A stretch of DNA of 64,000 nucleotides from Candidatus Rokuibacteriota bacterium. Its GTDB lineage: Bacteria; Methylomirabilota; Methylomirabilia; Rokubacteriales; CSP1-6. The stretch spans positions 32,568 through 96,567 of the forward strand of contig QHSI01000104.1 in the NCBI GenBank assembly GCA_003221515.1, written 5' to 3'. The notes under the pieces are model-generated. The model was not told the origin of the DNA and did no database searches. It saw only the letters and a list, made by a program, of their open reading frames with translations. Made by a program: the position numbers and the translations under genes. Shown piece by piece: positions 12,556-21,020 of the stretch (position 1 is its first letter; every line of letters starts with the position of its first letter).

Positions 12556-12625
12556 GAGCCGGCTCGCGCCTACCTCAGGCCACCCTCGATCCGAGCCGGC
12601 CTCACGGGCCCCGCTACAATAATCA
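12556..12625 (+). repeat. Copy A of dispersed ~65-bp repeat core (GGAGCCGGCTCGC..CTCAGGCCACCCTCG..CCGGCCTCACGG..CCCCGCTACAA) immediately 5' of permease-2 start
   Basis: Near-identical core also at 19905-19975, 25115-25190, 55651-55720 (reverse) and, partly duplicated, inside uvrA at 58385-58485. Confidence 0.6.
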
Positions 12626-12627
12626 GG

Positions 12628-13353
12628 TTGCTCCAGCTCGCGACCGTGCTGGCCGGGCTCGCGGCTTGGGAGCTCGCCGCGAGATCTGCCTGGGTCGACC
12701 CGCTGTTCATCCCGGCGCCGAGCGCCGTCGCCCGCGCCCTGGCCGCGATCTCGGGTCCCGCGCTGGCGGGCCTCGCCGACACGCTGGCCAAGACGGCCGC
12801 CGCCTACGTGCTGTCGGTCGTGCTGGGCGTCAGCGCCGGGGTCGCCGTCGGCTCGGTCAGGCTGCTGCGAGACGTGCTCTCCCCGTATGTGATCGCGCTC
12901 TACGGGATGCCGAAGATTCTGGTGCTGCCCTGGATCGTTCTTCTGCTCGGCTACGGCACGGCGCCGGCGGTCTTCTACGGCACCCTCCACGGTCTCTTCC
13001 CGATCCTGGTCCTGGTCACGGGGGCGGTCCGCGACGTCGATCGCACCCTCGTGACGGTGGCCCGATCCCTCGGCGCCACGCCCTGGCAGCTCTATTGGAA
13101 GGTGCTGCTCCCGGCCATCGTCCCCTCGGTGCTGGCCGGGATGCGGCTGGGCATCGTGTTCTGCCTCCTGGGGGTCCTGGTCGTGGAGATGTTCGCCGGG
13201 GTTCGGGGCATGGGGTACGTGATGGGCTCGCTGGCCAACGGATTTCAGGCGCCCGAGCTCTTCGCCGCGACCGCGCTGGTGTCGGCGACGTCGATCGCGA
13301 TCGTTCTGGGCCTCGATCAACTGAACGAAAGGCTCTCGCGCTGGCGCGGCTGA
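12628..13353 (+). CDS. ABC transporter permease (NitT/TauT family) 2
   Basis: Paralogous to permease 1 ('LAAWELAARSA..' vs 'LAAWELAGRAA..'); proposed TTG start at 12628 (GTG 12646 alternative); the upstream in-frame ORF extension is repeat-element sequence. Confidence 0.75.
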   Translation: MLQLATVLAGLAAWELAARSAWVDPLFIPAPSAVARALAAISGPALAGLADTLAKTAAAYVLSVVLGVSAGVAVGSVRLLRDVLSPYVIALYGMPKILVLPWIVLLLGYGTAPAVFYGTLHGLFPILVLVTGAVRDVDRTLVTVARSLGATPWQLYWKVLLPAIVPSVLAGMRLGIVFCLLGVLVVEMFAGVRGMGYVMGSLANGFQAPELFAATALVSATSIAIVLGLDQLNERLSRWRG

Positions 13354-13460
13354 TCCGAGCCGGTACAGCGCTTCCCACCTAGACCGCCCAGTTCCTGAAC
13401 ACCCCCGGCCCGCGTCGAGCGCGCAATCTTATATATCGTGCGGTTACAACGCGGCCATTC

Positions 13461-13477
13461 CTGGAACGCCGTTTGCT
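13461..13477 (+). promoter_or_regulatory. sigma54-type (-24/-12) promoter-like motif cTGGaacgccgtTTGCt
   Basis: GG and GC dinucleotides separated by exactly the consensus spacing (TGGCAC-N5-TTGC); lies ~30 nt upstream of RBS AGGAGGG / ATG 13506 in a locally AT-richer intergenic stretch. Confidence 0.35.
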
Positions 13478-13505
13478 GTTTCTTCGGTGCAGGAGGGCAA
13501 CGTCA

Positions 13506-13709
13506 ATGAGCGCCTCGGTCGAAGCGGAAGTCGTGACGGTGTATCTCGCTCTCGATGGCGGGATTCATCACGCTCGCTGCAGCCAGCGCCTCACGCTGCA
13601 CGGGCAGCGCGGGGGCCTGGAGCTGGACTTCTATTGCCTGGCCTGCGCCGAGACGGTGACGATTCCGTTCTGCGTCCTGTCCCGCATTCCCGTCGCTGAC
13701 GGGGTGTAG
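13506..13709 (+). CDS. Small hypothetical Cys/His-containing protein (67 aa; HHxRC...CxxC...C)
   Basis: Strong RBS GGAGGG 8 nt upstream of ATG; genome-typical codon usage; no recognisable family. Confidence 0.35.
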   Translation: MSASVEAEVVTVYLALDGGIHHARCSQRLTLHGQRGGLELDFYCLACAETVTIPFCVLSRIPVADGV

Positions 13710-13713
13710 AGAG

Positions 13714-14622
13714 CTACTCGCCCCGTAGGGTGGGGTCGAGCAGGTCGCGGAGCCAGTCGCCCGTACGGCTCACGACGATCGACGTCACCATCAGCACGAT
13801 GCCCGGCGCGGTCGAGATCCACCACGCCGTGTCGAGGTACTCCCGCCCCTCGTGAACCATCCCGCCCCAGGACGGCGTCGGCGGCTGGATGCCCAGCCCC
13901 AGGAACGAAAGCGTCGCCTCCAGCACGATCGCCCGCGCCAGCTCGAGCGTCGCGATCACGACCAGTGACGAGAGCACGTTCGGCAGGATGTGGCGGCTCA
14001 CCATGCGCGTCACCGACCCGCCCAGGGCCCGGATGGCGTCCACGAACTCCCGCGAGCGGAGGACCAGCACCTGCGACCGGAGGATCCGCGCGTAGTTGAC
14101 CCATCCGGAGAGGCCGATGACCACGATCAGGGTGGGAAAGCTCGGCCCGAGCACGGCGATGATGCCGATCGCCAGCAGGATGAAGGGAAACGCGAGCTGC
14201 GCGTCGGCGATGGTCATGATCGTGCTGTCCGTCCAGCCGCCGCGAAATCCGGCGACGATGCCGAGCGTGGCCCCGATCAGGCCGCCCACCACCACCGCCG
14301 CGAAGCCCACCAGCAGCGAGACGCGCGCCCCATAGACCATGCGCGAGAGGACGTCGCGCCCGAGGTGATCCGTCCCCAGCACGTGCGCCTTGCCGTCGGC
14401 GGCGGAGAGCGTGGGCGCCGCCAGCCGTGCCCGCAGTGACTGTCGAATGGGATCGTGCGGCGCGATCGCCGGCGCCGCCAGCGCCGCCACGACCAGCAGC
14501 AGGACGAAGGCGCCGCCGGCGAGCGCGAGCACCCGCGTGCGCCGCGAGCGGCCGACGGACGTCGCCGTCGCCGCGGGCGACGCCAGCTCAGCCCGAGCGG
14601 ACGCGGGGATCGAGGACGCCAT
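13714..14622 (-). CDS. Peptide/nickel-type ABC transporter permease (OppC/DppC-like)
   Basis: 302 aa; conserved permease EAA-loop region; N-terminal extension typical of OppC. Confidence 0.85.
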   Translation of the reverse strand: MASSIPASARAELASPAATATSVGRSRRTRVLALAGGAFVLLLVVAALAAPAIAPHDPIRQSLRARLAAPTLSAADGKAHVLGTDHLGRDVLSRMVYGARVSLLVGFAAVVVGGLIGATLGIVAGFRGGWTDSTIMTIADAQLAFPFILLAIGIIAVLGPSFPTLIVVIGLSGWVNYARILRSQVLVLRSREFVDAIRALGGSVTRMVSRHILPNVLSSLVVIATLELARAIVLEATLSFLGLGIQPPTPSWGGMVHEGREYLDTAWWISTAPGIVLMVTSIVVSRTGDWLRDLLDPTLRGE

Positions 14623-15514
14623 AGAGCAGGTCGATGCAGAAGTTGATCACGATGAAGAGCACGGCCGAGAGAAACACCGTGCACTGCACCACCGGATAGT
14701 CGCGGTTGTAGATCGACTGGATGGCGAGCCGCCCGATGCCCGGCCACGCGAACACGGTCTCGGTCACGACGGCGCCGCCCAGCAGCGTGCCGAACTGCAG
14801 CCCGGTGATCGTCACGATCGGGACGGCGGCGTTCTTGAGCGTGTGCTTGGCGACCACCAACCCCTCCGACAGGCCCTTCGCGCGCGCCGTGCGCACGTAG
14901 TCGGCACGCAAGACCTCGAGCACCGACGAGCGGGTGAGCCGGGCGATCGAGGCCATAGCGAAGGCGCCGAGCGTGAGCGCGGGCAGGACGAGATGACGCC
15001 AGCCCTCGCGGCCCGAGGTCGGCAGCAGGCCCAGGTTCAGCGAGACGATCAGGATCAGGAGAATGCCGATGAAGAAGGTCGGCGCCGACTGTCCGACCAG
15101 CGCCAGCCCCATCGCCGTCTGGTCGACGGCGGAGTTGCGCCGCACCGCGGAGATCACGCCGATCGGGAGCGCGACCACGATCGCCAGCGCGAAGGCTGTG
15201 AGGCCGAGCTCGAGCGTCGCCGGCAGGTAGCCGACGACCACGCGGAACGCGGGCTGGCGGAAGTGGATCGACCGGCCGAAATCGCCGCGGAGCGCGTTGC
15301 CGAGGAAGACCGCGTACTGCACCGGCAGCGGGCGATCCAGGCCGAGCTCGGCGCGCACGCGGAAGATCTCGCTGCGCGGCGCGTCCGGCGGCAGCAGCAG
15401 CGGCACCGGATCGCCCGACAGGCGCATGACGACGAAGACCACGGTGGAGACGAGCCACAGCGCGACGGCGGCGCGGACGAGGCGGGAGGCGAGGAACGGG
15501 AGCAGACTGCGCAT
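14588..15514 (-). CDS. Peptide/nickel-type ABC transporter permease (OppB/DppB-like)
   Basis: 308 aa; 'MRSLLPFLASRLVRAAVALWLVSTVVF' N-terminal TM and binding-protein-dependent transport signature. Confidence 0.85.
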   Translation of the reverse strand: MRSLLPFLASRLVRAAVALWLVSTVVFVVMRLSGDPVPLLLPPDAPRSEIFRVRAELGLDRPLPVQYAVFLGNALRGDFGRSIHFRQPAFRVVVGYLPATLELGLTAFALAIVVALPIGVISAVRRNSAVDQTAMGLALVGQSAPTFFIGILLILIVSLNLGLLPTSGREGWRHLVLPALTLGAFAMASIARLTRSSVLEVLRADYVRTARAKGLSEGLVVAKHTLKNAAVPIVTITGLQFGTLLGGAVVTETVFAWPGIGRLAIQSIYNRDYPVVQCTVFLSAVLFIVINFCIDLLYGVLDPRVRSG

Positions 15515-15559
15515 GCGCGACGGGGCGGAGCCGGACGGCGCCGCCCCGGGAACGCGGGT

Positions 15560-17110
15560 CTACGCGCGACGGAACTTGAAGTTGAACTTCCGGATCTCGA
15601 GCTGCTGGAGCGGATCCGGCGTCCACTCGACGTACTTCTGCAGGCCGTAGTCCTCGTACGGCTGGATCACCGGGATCCAGGGCAAGTGCTCGAGGAAGAT
15701 CTTCGTCATCCTCTTGTAGGCGTCACCGCGGAACTTCTCGTCGACCGAGAAACGGGCGGCGTTGCCGAGCTCGTCGAACTCCGCATGCCGCCAGTAGTCC
15801 TGCGGCCCGCCCGGGCCCAGGAGCCGCCACATCATGCCGTCCGGATCGCGCAGCGTGGACGTCGGGTCCGACCACCACAGGCCCTTGAAGGTCTTGTCGC
15901 GGTTCTTCTGGGCACGGACCGAATACTCGAAGATCTCGACCTTGGCATTGACGCCGACGTCCCGCCACATGGCCTGGATGGCCTCGCTCATGGGCTTGTC
16001 GCCGGCCATGTAGCCCGAAGTGGTCTCGATGACGATCTCCTCGCCCTTGTAGCCGGACTTCTTGAGGCGGTCCTTCGCCTCGGCCGGCTTGAACGCGAGC
16101 GGGGGCAGCGAGGCCTCGAAGTGGTTGTCGCCCTGGGCGACCATCGAGTTCGGGACCACGCCGCGGCCGCGCCACAGCTCCTTCACGATCGCCTCGCGGT
16201 CGATGGCCAGGGACAGCGCCTGCTTCAGCAGCGGATTGTCGAGCGGGGGCCGCTGCGAGTTCACCGCGAGCACGTAGAGGCCGCCGTAGAGCGCACCGGC
16301 CACCGCGGTCGAGGCGTTGGCCTTGATCCGCTCGCCCTGATCCGGGGGCACCTGGGTGATCAGGTCGACCTCGCCCTTGAGCAGCGCGGCGACCCGGGGC
16401 GCCATCTCGGGAAGCGCCCGAACGACGAGCCGGTCGAAGTCCACGCGGCCGCCCCAGTAGCTCGGGTTCGCCTCGAGCACGATCCGATCGTCTTTCGTCC
16501 ACGACACGAAGCGCACCGGCCCGGTCCCGATCGGCTTCTGGTTGAAGGTGTCGGGGCCGACTTGTTCCACGTACTTCTTGGGGATCATCTGTCCGCCGTA
16601 GAAGCCCAAGCGCGCCGGCAGCAGCGGATCGGGCTTCTTCGTGTGAACGACCACGGTGCTCGGGTCCGGCGCCTCGACGCGATCGACCGTCGTCAGGACG
16701 GTGCTCACGCGGTTGCCCTTCAACGTCTTGTCGAGCGAGCGGTCGATGCTGAACTTGACGTCGGCCGACGAGAACGACTCGCCGTCGTGCCACTTGACGC
16801 CCGAGCGGAGCTTGAACACCCACGTCGTCTGGCCCTGCAGCTTCCACTCCGTCGCGAGACCGGGGGCGAGCTTGCCGTCGGGCCGGCGACTGGTGAGGTT
16901 GTCGAAGATGTTGAACGAGATGCGGATGTCGTTCGACGACGTGCTCTGGTGCGGATCGAACGCCGCGACGTCACCGCCCTGGGCGACGACCAGCTCCTTC
17001 TTCTGCGTCGTTTGCGCGGCCGCCGGGCGCGGAAGACCGGCCGGGAGCGCGGCCATCGCGCCCGCCGCGGCGGCGGTCTTGAGCACGTCACGTCGGGTGA
17101 TCTCTGCCAT
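15560..17110 (-). CDS. ABC transporter substrate-binding protein, family 5 (peptide/nickel), Tat signal
   Basis: Start taken at MAEITRRDVLKTAAAAGAMAALP (twin-arginine motif) rather than upstream ORF-track Met; ~516 aa. Confidence 0.85.
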   Translation of the reverse strand: MAEITRRDVLKTAAAAGAMAALPAGLPRPAAAQTTQKKELVVAQGGDVAAFDPHQSTSSNDIRISFNIFDNLTSRRPDGKLAPGLATEWKLQGQTTWVFKLRSGVKWHDGESFSSADVKFSIDRSLDKTLKGNRVSTVLTTVDRVEAPDPSTVVVHTKKPDPLLPARLGFYGGQMIPKKYVEQVGPDTFNQKPIGTGPVRFVSWTKDDRIVLEANPSYWGGRVDFDRLVVRALPEMAPRVAALLKGEVDLITQVPPDQGERIKANASTAVAGALYGGLYVLAVNSQRPPLDNPLLKQALSLAIDREAIVKELWRGRGVVPNSMVAQGDNHFEASLPPLAFKPAEAKDRLKKSGYKGEEIVIETTSGYMAGDKPMSEAIQAMWRDVGVNAKVEIFEYSVRAQKNRDKTFKGLWWSDPTSTLRDPDGMMWRLLGPGGPQDYWRHAEFDELGNAARFSVDEKFRGDAYKRMTKIFLEHLPWIPVIQPYEDYGLQKYVEWTPDPLQQLEIRKFNFKFRRA

Positions 17111-17185
17111 ACACGCCTCCTGGAAAATCGATCGGTGGGGGTCTATATGGGGGCGCTTCGCGGCTCCTGTCAAGGCCCCGGCGGT

Positions 17186-18511
17186 CTAGCTCGGCTCCGG
17201 CTGCACGAGGTACGAGCGGCGCACGCGGGCCTGCACGTCGACGACGACGTCGCGCTCCAGCGTGATCTCGACCTCGTGCTGCTCGGCGGACCAGCGGCTC
17301 ACCGTCGCGAGCCAGCCGAGGCTCCGCCCGGCCTGCGGCGCGATGCGGCGCCCGCGATAGACCAGCGTCCGTCGCTCGGGCGCGTTGAGCTCCTCGCGCT
17401 CCTCGGTGTTGGGTCCGCAGAGCCGCAGCACCTCCTGGGACGTCGTCGACCCGGGCGTGACCCGGGCGAGGGTGTCGCGCGAGAGGACCACGCCGGTCTG
17501 CCGCACGGCGCCCGGGCCGAGCCGGACGCGGCCGGCGAGCCTCGCGCCGAAGCGCCGCACCAGCGCCATGACCAGCGGGGTCGCCAGGTTGCCGAGCGCG
17601 AAGAAGACGATCGGGATCAGGACGGGCATCCACGCGCGCCAGCCGTGGAAGTACGCGAACCGTACCGTGAGCACCTGCGGGCTGAGGCCCTCGGACGGGT
17701 CGATGAAGAGCGAGACCTCCTCCGTGGTGTCGAGCGTCTCGCTGAGCCGGCGGCGGGCCGAGCTGGGAAACACCTCGTGGATTTTCAGGTGCTCGGAGTC
17801 GCGGAGATTCACGATCAGCTGCGACGGATCGGCGGCCAGACGGATGATCCGATCCCGCTTCTCGAAGTAGAGGGGGAACAGCGCGCGGGGTCGGACGTCG
17901 TTGAAGGTGAGCGACAGCGCGTGCGTCGGGCCCCAGAACGCGTCCTCGATCCAGGTCGCTTGCCGCCGGCGGAGGAGGTTCGGCTGCTCGATGCGGAGAT
18001 CCATCAGGAACGTGCGATTGGCGAGCATGGGGGTCCACGGGATCCGCACGTAGGTCGCCGGCGACGTCAGGCCGAGCGGCCCGCCCTCCTGGATGAACGT
18101 CACGAACGGGGCGCCACCCGCGGTGGGCTGCGGGGGGACGTCGTCGCCGGCGCGGTAGAGACTCTCGGCGAAGAGCGGCAGCCGCCCCTCGGCGATCGGC
18201 ACGAAGCCGCGCGCCTTGATGGAGGCGACCAGCGCCGCGTCAGGTGCCGCGCCCGTCAGCGCGCCGCCGACCGGGCCGGGCCAGAGGAGGTAGAGGTCCT
18301 GCTCGATGGCGGCCCCGCTCTTCGCCGGCGGAATCACGAGACTCCACAGGACGTCGACCGTGACCGCGTGCAGCTCCGGCGTCACGTTCGCGCGGACGAA
18401 GAGCGGGCCGATCGTGAACTCGGGGCTCGGCCGCGACGCGAGGAAGATCTGGCCCTCCGCGACGGTGGGCGCCGCGGCCAGGACCAACACCGCGAGCCAG
18501 GCGCGGCGCAT
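17186..18511 (-). CDS. Hypothetical membrane-anchored protein (signal peptide, ~300-aa extracytoplasmic domain, one TM, ~120-aa C-terminal domain); paralog of 18524-19867
   Basis: 441 aa; cleavable signal 'MRRAWLAVLVLAAAPTVAEGQIF'; TM 'WMPVLIPIVFFALGNLATPLVMAL'; no known family recognised. Confidence 0.6.
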   Translation of the reverse strand: MRRAWLAVLVLAAAPTVAEGQIFLASRPSPEFTIGPLFVRANVTPELHAVTVDVLWSLVIPPAKSGAAIEQDLYLLWPGPVGGALTGAAPDAALVASIKARGFVPIAEGRLPLFAESLYRAGDDVPPQPTAGGAPFVTFIQEGGPLGLTSPATYVRIPWTPMLANRTFLMDLRIEQPNLLRRRQATWIEDAFWGPTHALSLTFNDVRPRALFPLYFEKRDRIIRLAADPSQLIVNLRDSEHLKIHEVFPSSARRRLSETLDTTEEVSLFIDPSEGLSPQVLTVRFAYFHGWRAWMPVLIPIVFFALGNLATPLVMALVRRFGARLAGRVRLGPGAVRQTGVVLSRDTLARVTPGSTTSQEVLRLCGPNTEEREELNAPERRTLVYRGRRIAPQAGRSLGWLATVSRWSAEQHEVEITLERDVVVDVQARVRRSYLVQPEPS

Positions 18512-18523
18512 CCGCGGCGCGCC

Positions 18524-19867
18524 TCAGGCCGGGTTGGGCTGGGTCAGGCGGGTGCGGTGCACCTGGGCCTGAACGTCGCGCACGCGATCGCCGTCGAGCT
18601 CGATCTCCAGCTCGTGGTGCTCGACGTCCCAGCTCTGCACCGTCGCCAGCCATCCGAACTGCCGGCGCCGGTGGGGGACCGTGCGGCGCCCGCGATAGAC
18701 CAGCGTTCGCCGACCGGGCGCGTTGAGCCGCTCGCGCTCCTCCGGATCGGGTCCACAGATCTTCAAGATCTCGTCGTACGTCGTCTCGCCCGGGGCGATC
18801 CGGGTCAGCGTCTCGCGCGGGACGATCGTGCCGACATGCTGCTCGGCGCCGGCGCCGCTGCGCGGCCCGAAGCGGATGCGTCCCTGGAGCCGCGCGCCGA
18901 GCCGCCTGGCGAGGGTGGCGACGAGGGGGCCAGCGACGTTGCCGAGGACGAAGAACAACGTCGCGAAGAGCACCGGCGCCCACGACTGCCAGCCGGAGAA
19001 GTAGCCGTACTGCACGGTCAACACTTGAGGGCGGAGACCCTCCGACGGATCGATGTAGGTCGAGACGATCTCGGTCCCCCGGCGCGACTCGCTCGTGCGC
19101 CGTTGGCTCGAGCCCGGAAAGACTTCGTGGATCTTGAGGTGGTCGGAGTCCGCGAACGTGATGGTGAGTGTCGATGGATCGTCGGAGAGGTGGACCACCC
19201 GATCGCGATACGCGAGGTACATGGGGAACGTGGCGCGCGTGCGCACGTCGTTGAAGCTCAGCGTGACCAGGTGACGCTCGCCCCAGAGGAAGTTCTCCAG
19301 CCAGGTGGCCTGCTTCGGCCGCCTGAGCCCGGTGAGACGCATCCTGAGGTCGATCAAGAACGAGCGGTCGACGAGCCGCGGCGTCCACGGGATCCGGATC
19401 CAGGTGGCCGGCGTGGGCAGGCCGAGCGGCCCCGCCTCTCGAGTGTAGGTGACGAACGGCGCGCCGCCAGGGAGCGGCTCCGGCTTCGCGCGCTGAGGGC
19501 CGGAATACACGGCGCGGGCGGACAGCGGCAGGCGGCCCTCGCGGGCGACCTGGAACCCACGTTCCTCCACGGTCCGGCGCAGTGCCGGGTCCGGTTCTCC
19601 CGCGACCATCTCGCCGTCCACCGCGCCCGGCCACAGGAGATAGAGATCTTGCTCGAGCGCAGCGGCGCCGACGTTCGGCGGCACCACGAGACTCCAGAGC
19701 AGGCTGACTTCGACCGGACCACCGGCCGGCACCACGTTCGCGCGGATCGACAGCGGACCGATCGTGAACTCCGGCTTCGGCTTGGACGCGAGAAAGATCT
19801 GAGCGTGCGCCGGCGCCGCGACCAGCGCCAGCAGCACGGCGACGAGCAAGACGAGCAAACGGCGGGT
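18524..19867 (-). CDS. Hypothetical membrane-anchored protein, tandem paralog of 17186-18511; start uncertain (no in-frame ATG before the signal peptide; CTG 19867 or TTG 19849 candidates)
   Basis: Highly similar along its length to the neighbour ('QIFLASKPKPEFTIGPLSIRANV'); the 5' end of the ORF reads through a 21-bp tandem repeat and repeat core B. Confidence 0.55.
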   Translation of the reverse strand, partial: TRRLLVLLVAVLLALVAAPAHAQIFLASKPKPEFTIGPLSIRANVVPAGGPVEVSLLWSLVVPPNVGAAALEQDLYLLWPGAVDGEMVAGEPDPALRRTVEERGFQVAREGRLPLSARAVYSGPQRAKPEPLPGGAPFVTYTREAGPLGLPTPATWIRIPWTPRLVDRSFLIDLRMRLTGLRRPKQATWLENFLWGERHLVTLSFNDVRTRATFPMYLAYRDRVVHLSDDPSTLTITFADSDHLKIHEVFPGSSQRRTSESRRGTEIVSTYIDPSEGLRPQVLTVQYGYFSGWQSWAPVLFATLFFVLGNVAGPLVATLARRLGARLQGRIRFGPRSGAGAEQHVGTIVPRETLTRIAPGETTYDEILKICGPDPEERERLNAPGRRTLVYRGRRTVPHRRRQFGWLATVQSWDVEHHELEIELDGDRVRDVQAQVHRTRLTQPNPA

Positions 19868-19902
19868 TGTCCGCAGACCGGCGCGGGTTGTCCGCAGACC
19901 GG
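19862..19902 (+). repeat. 2 x ~21-bp tandem repeat (GCGGGTTGTCCGCAGACCGG) abutting repeat core B
   Basis: Direct tandem duplication seen in sequence. Confidence 0.7.
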
Positions 19903-19904
19903 TG

Positions 19905-19975
19905 CCCCGAGCATCTATCTCAGGCCACCCTCGGTTCAAACCGGCCTCACGGTCCCCGTTACAACATTCCCGCGA
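19905..19975 (+). repeat. Copy B of dispersed ~65-bp repeat core
   Basis: CCCCGAGCATCTATCTCAGGCCACCCTCGGTTCAAACCGGCCTCACGGTCCCCGTTACAACA; between the SBP stop (19982) and the paralog gene 5' end. Confidence 0.6.
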
Positions 19976-19981
19976 CAATAA

Positions 19982-20959
19982 CTACAGCTTCACCGGGGTG
20001 AAGTCACGCGTGTAGTGCTCGTCGAGCGCGAGCTTTTTCTTGATGAGCCCGTGCTCGATGAGCGCGTCCTGCATCGCGGCGAGCGCGTCCACGTTGATGC
20101 GCCCGTCGACGGGCAGCAGCGGGCCGGAGATCTTGTGGGCGCCGAGCACCGCCTCGGCGCTCCAGCCGAGCTTCTTGCCGACCACCTCGGCGATCTCGCC
20201 CGGCTTGTCGCGCATGATCTTGATCGCGCGGAACAGCGCGCGCTGGCTCTTCTGGATCGTGTCGGCCTGCTTCTTGATGGCGTCCTCGGACGCGTACTGG
20301 ATCTGGCTGATCCACTTGGGCGTCACGGCGTCCAGGCGCAAGAGCACTTTGGACTTACCCTGGAGCTCGGTGACCGCGCCGCCGTCGCCCCAGACGTAGG
20401 CGGCGATCTCCTTGCGAGCCATGGCGGCGAGCTGAGCGTCGAGGCCGCCGAGCCCCACGACCTGCACGTCCTTGTCGGGATCCCACCCTTCCTTCTTCGC
20501 GAGCATGCGGGCGAAGACCCACGTCGTGGCGCCGGCCCGGGTGACGCCGATCGCCTTGCCCTTGAGGTCGGCGATCTTCTGCACGTCGGCCGCGACGTTG
20601 AGCGTGAAGTGGTTCCCCTCGGTGTGGGTGGCGATCATCTTCATCGGCGAGCCGGCCTCGCGGAAGACGAGGATGTCGGTGCTGCCGGTGATCCCAACGA
20701 GGCACTCGCCCGCCATCACCGCCTTGAGCAGATCGGGACCGCCGCGGAACGGCACGAACTCGGCGGCGAGCCCCTCGCTCTTGAAGAAGCCGCGCTCGAG
20801 CGCGACGATCACCGGCCCGGCCATCGAATAGTCGCCCAGCACCGCGGTGCCGATCTTGACCGACGTCTGCGCACGGGCGGCGCGCGCGAGTGCGGGCACG
20901 GTGCCCGCCGCGGCGGCGGCGGCCAGGAATCGACGCCGTGAGATCACGAGCATGAACAC
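19982..20959 (-). CDS. ABC transporter substrate-binding protein, NMT1/SsuA/TauA-like (NitT/TauT family), Tat signal
   Basis: 325 aa; 'SRRRFLAAAAAAGTVPALARA' twin-arginine signal; likely the missing SBP partner of the 11020-13353 transporter. Confidence 0.75.
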   Translation of the reverse strand: MFMLVISRRRFLAAAAAAGTVPALARAARAQTSVKIGTAVLGDYSMAGPVIVALERGFFKSEGLAAEFVPFRGGPDLLKAVMAGECLVGITGSTDILVFREAGSPMKMIATHTEGNHFTLNVAADVQKIADLKGKAIGVTRAGATTWVFARMLAKKEGWDPDKDVQVVGLGGLDAQLAAMARKEIAAYVWGDGGAVTELQGKSKVLLRLDAVTPKWISQIQYASEDAIKKQADTIQKSQRALFRAIKIMRDKPGEIAEVVGKKLGWSAEAVLGAHKISGPLLPVDGRINVDALAAMQDALIEHGLIKKKLALDEHYTRDFTPVKL

Positions 20960-21020
20960 GCCTCCTTACGAGACCGGGCGGCCTTGACTTTCCTCTGACA
21001 CCCGGTGATCGTACAACTTC

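Noticed and set aside
14390-19981. 1863-aa ORF on the plus strand
   Set aside because: Lies antisense to five well-supported minus-strand genes. It is Arg/Ala/Gly-rich with no domain signal, which is typical of stop-codon-poor antisense frames in ~70% GC DNA.
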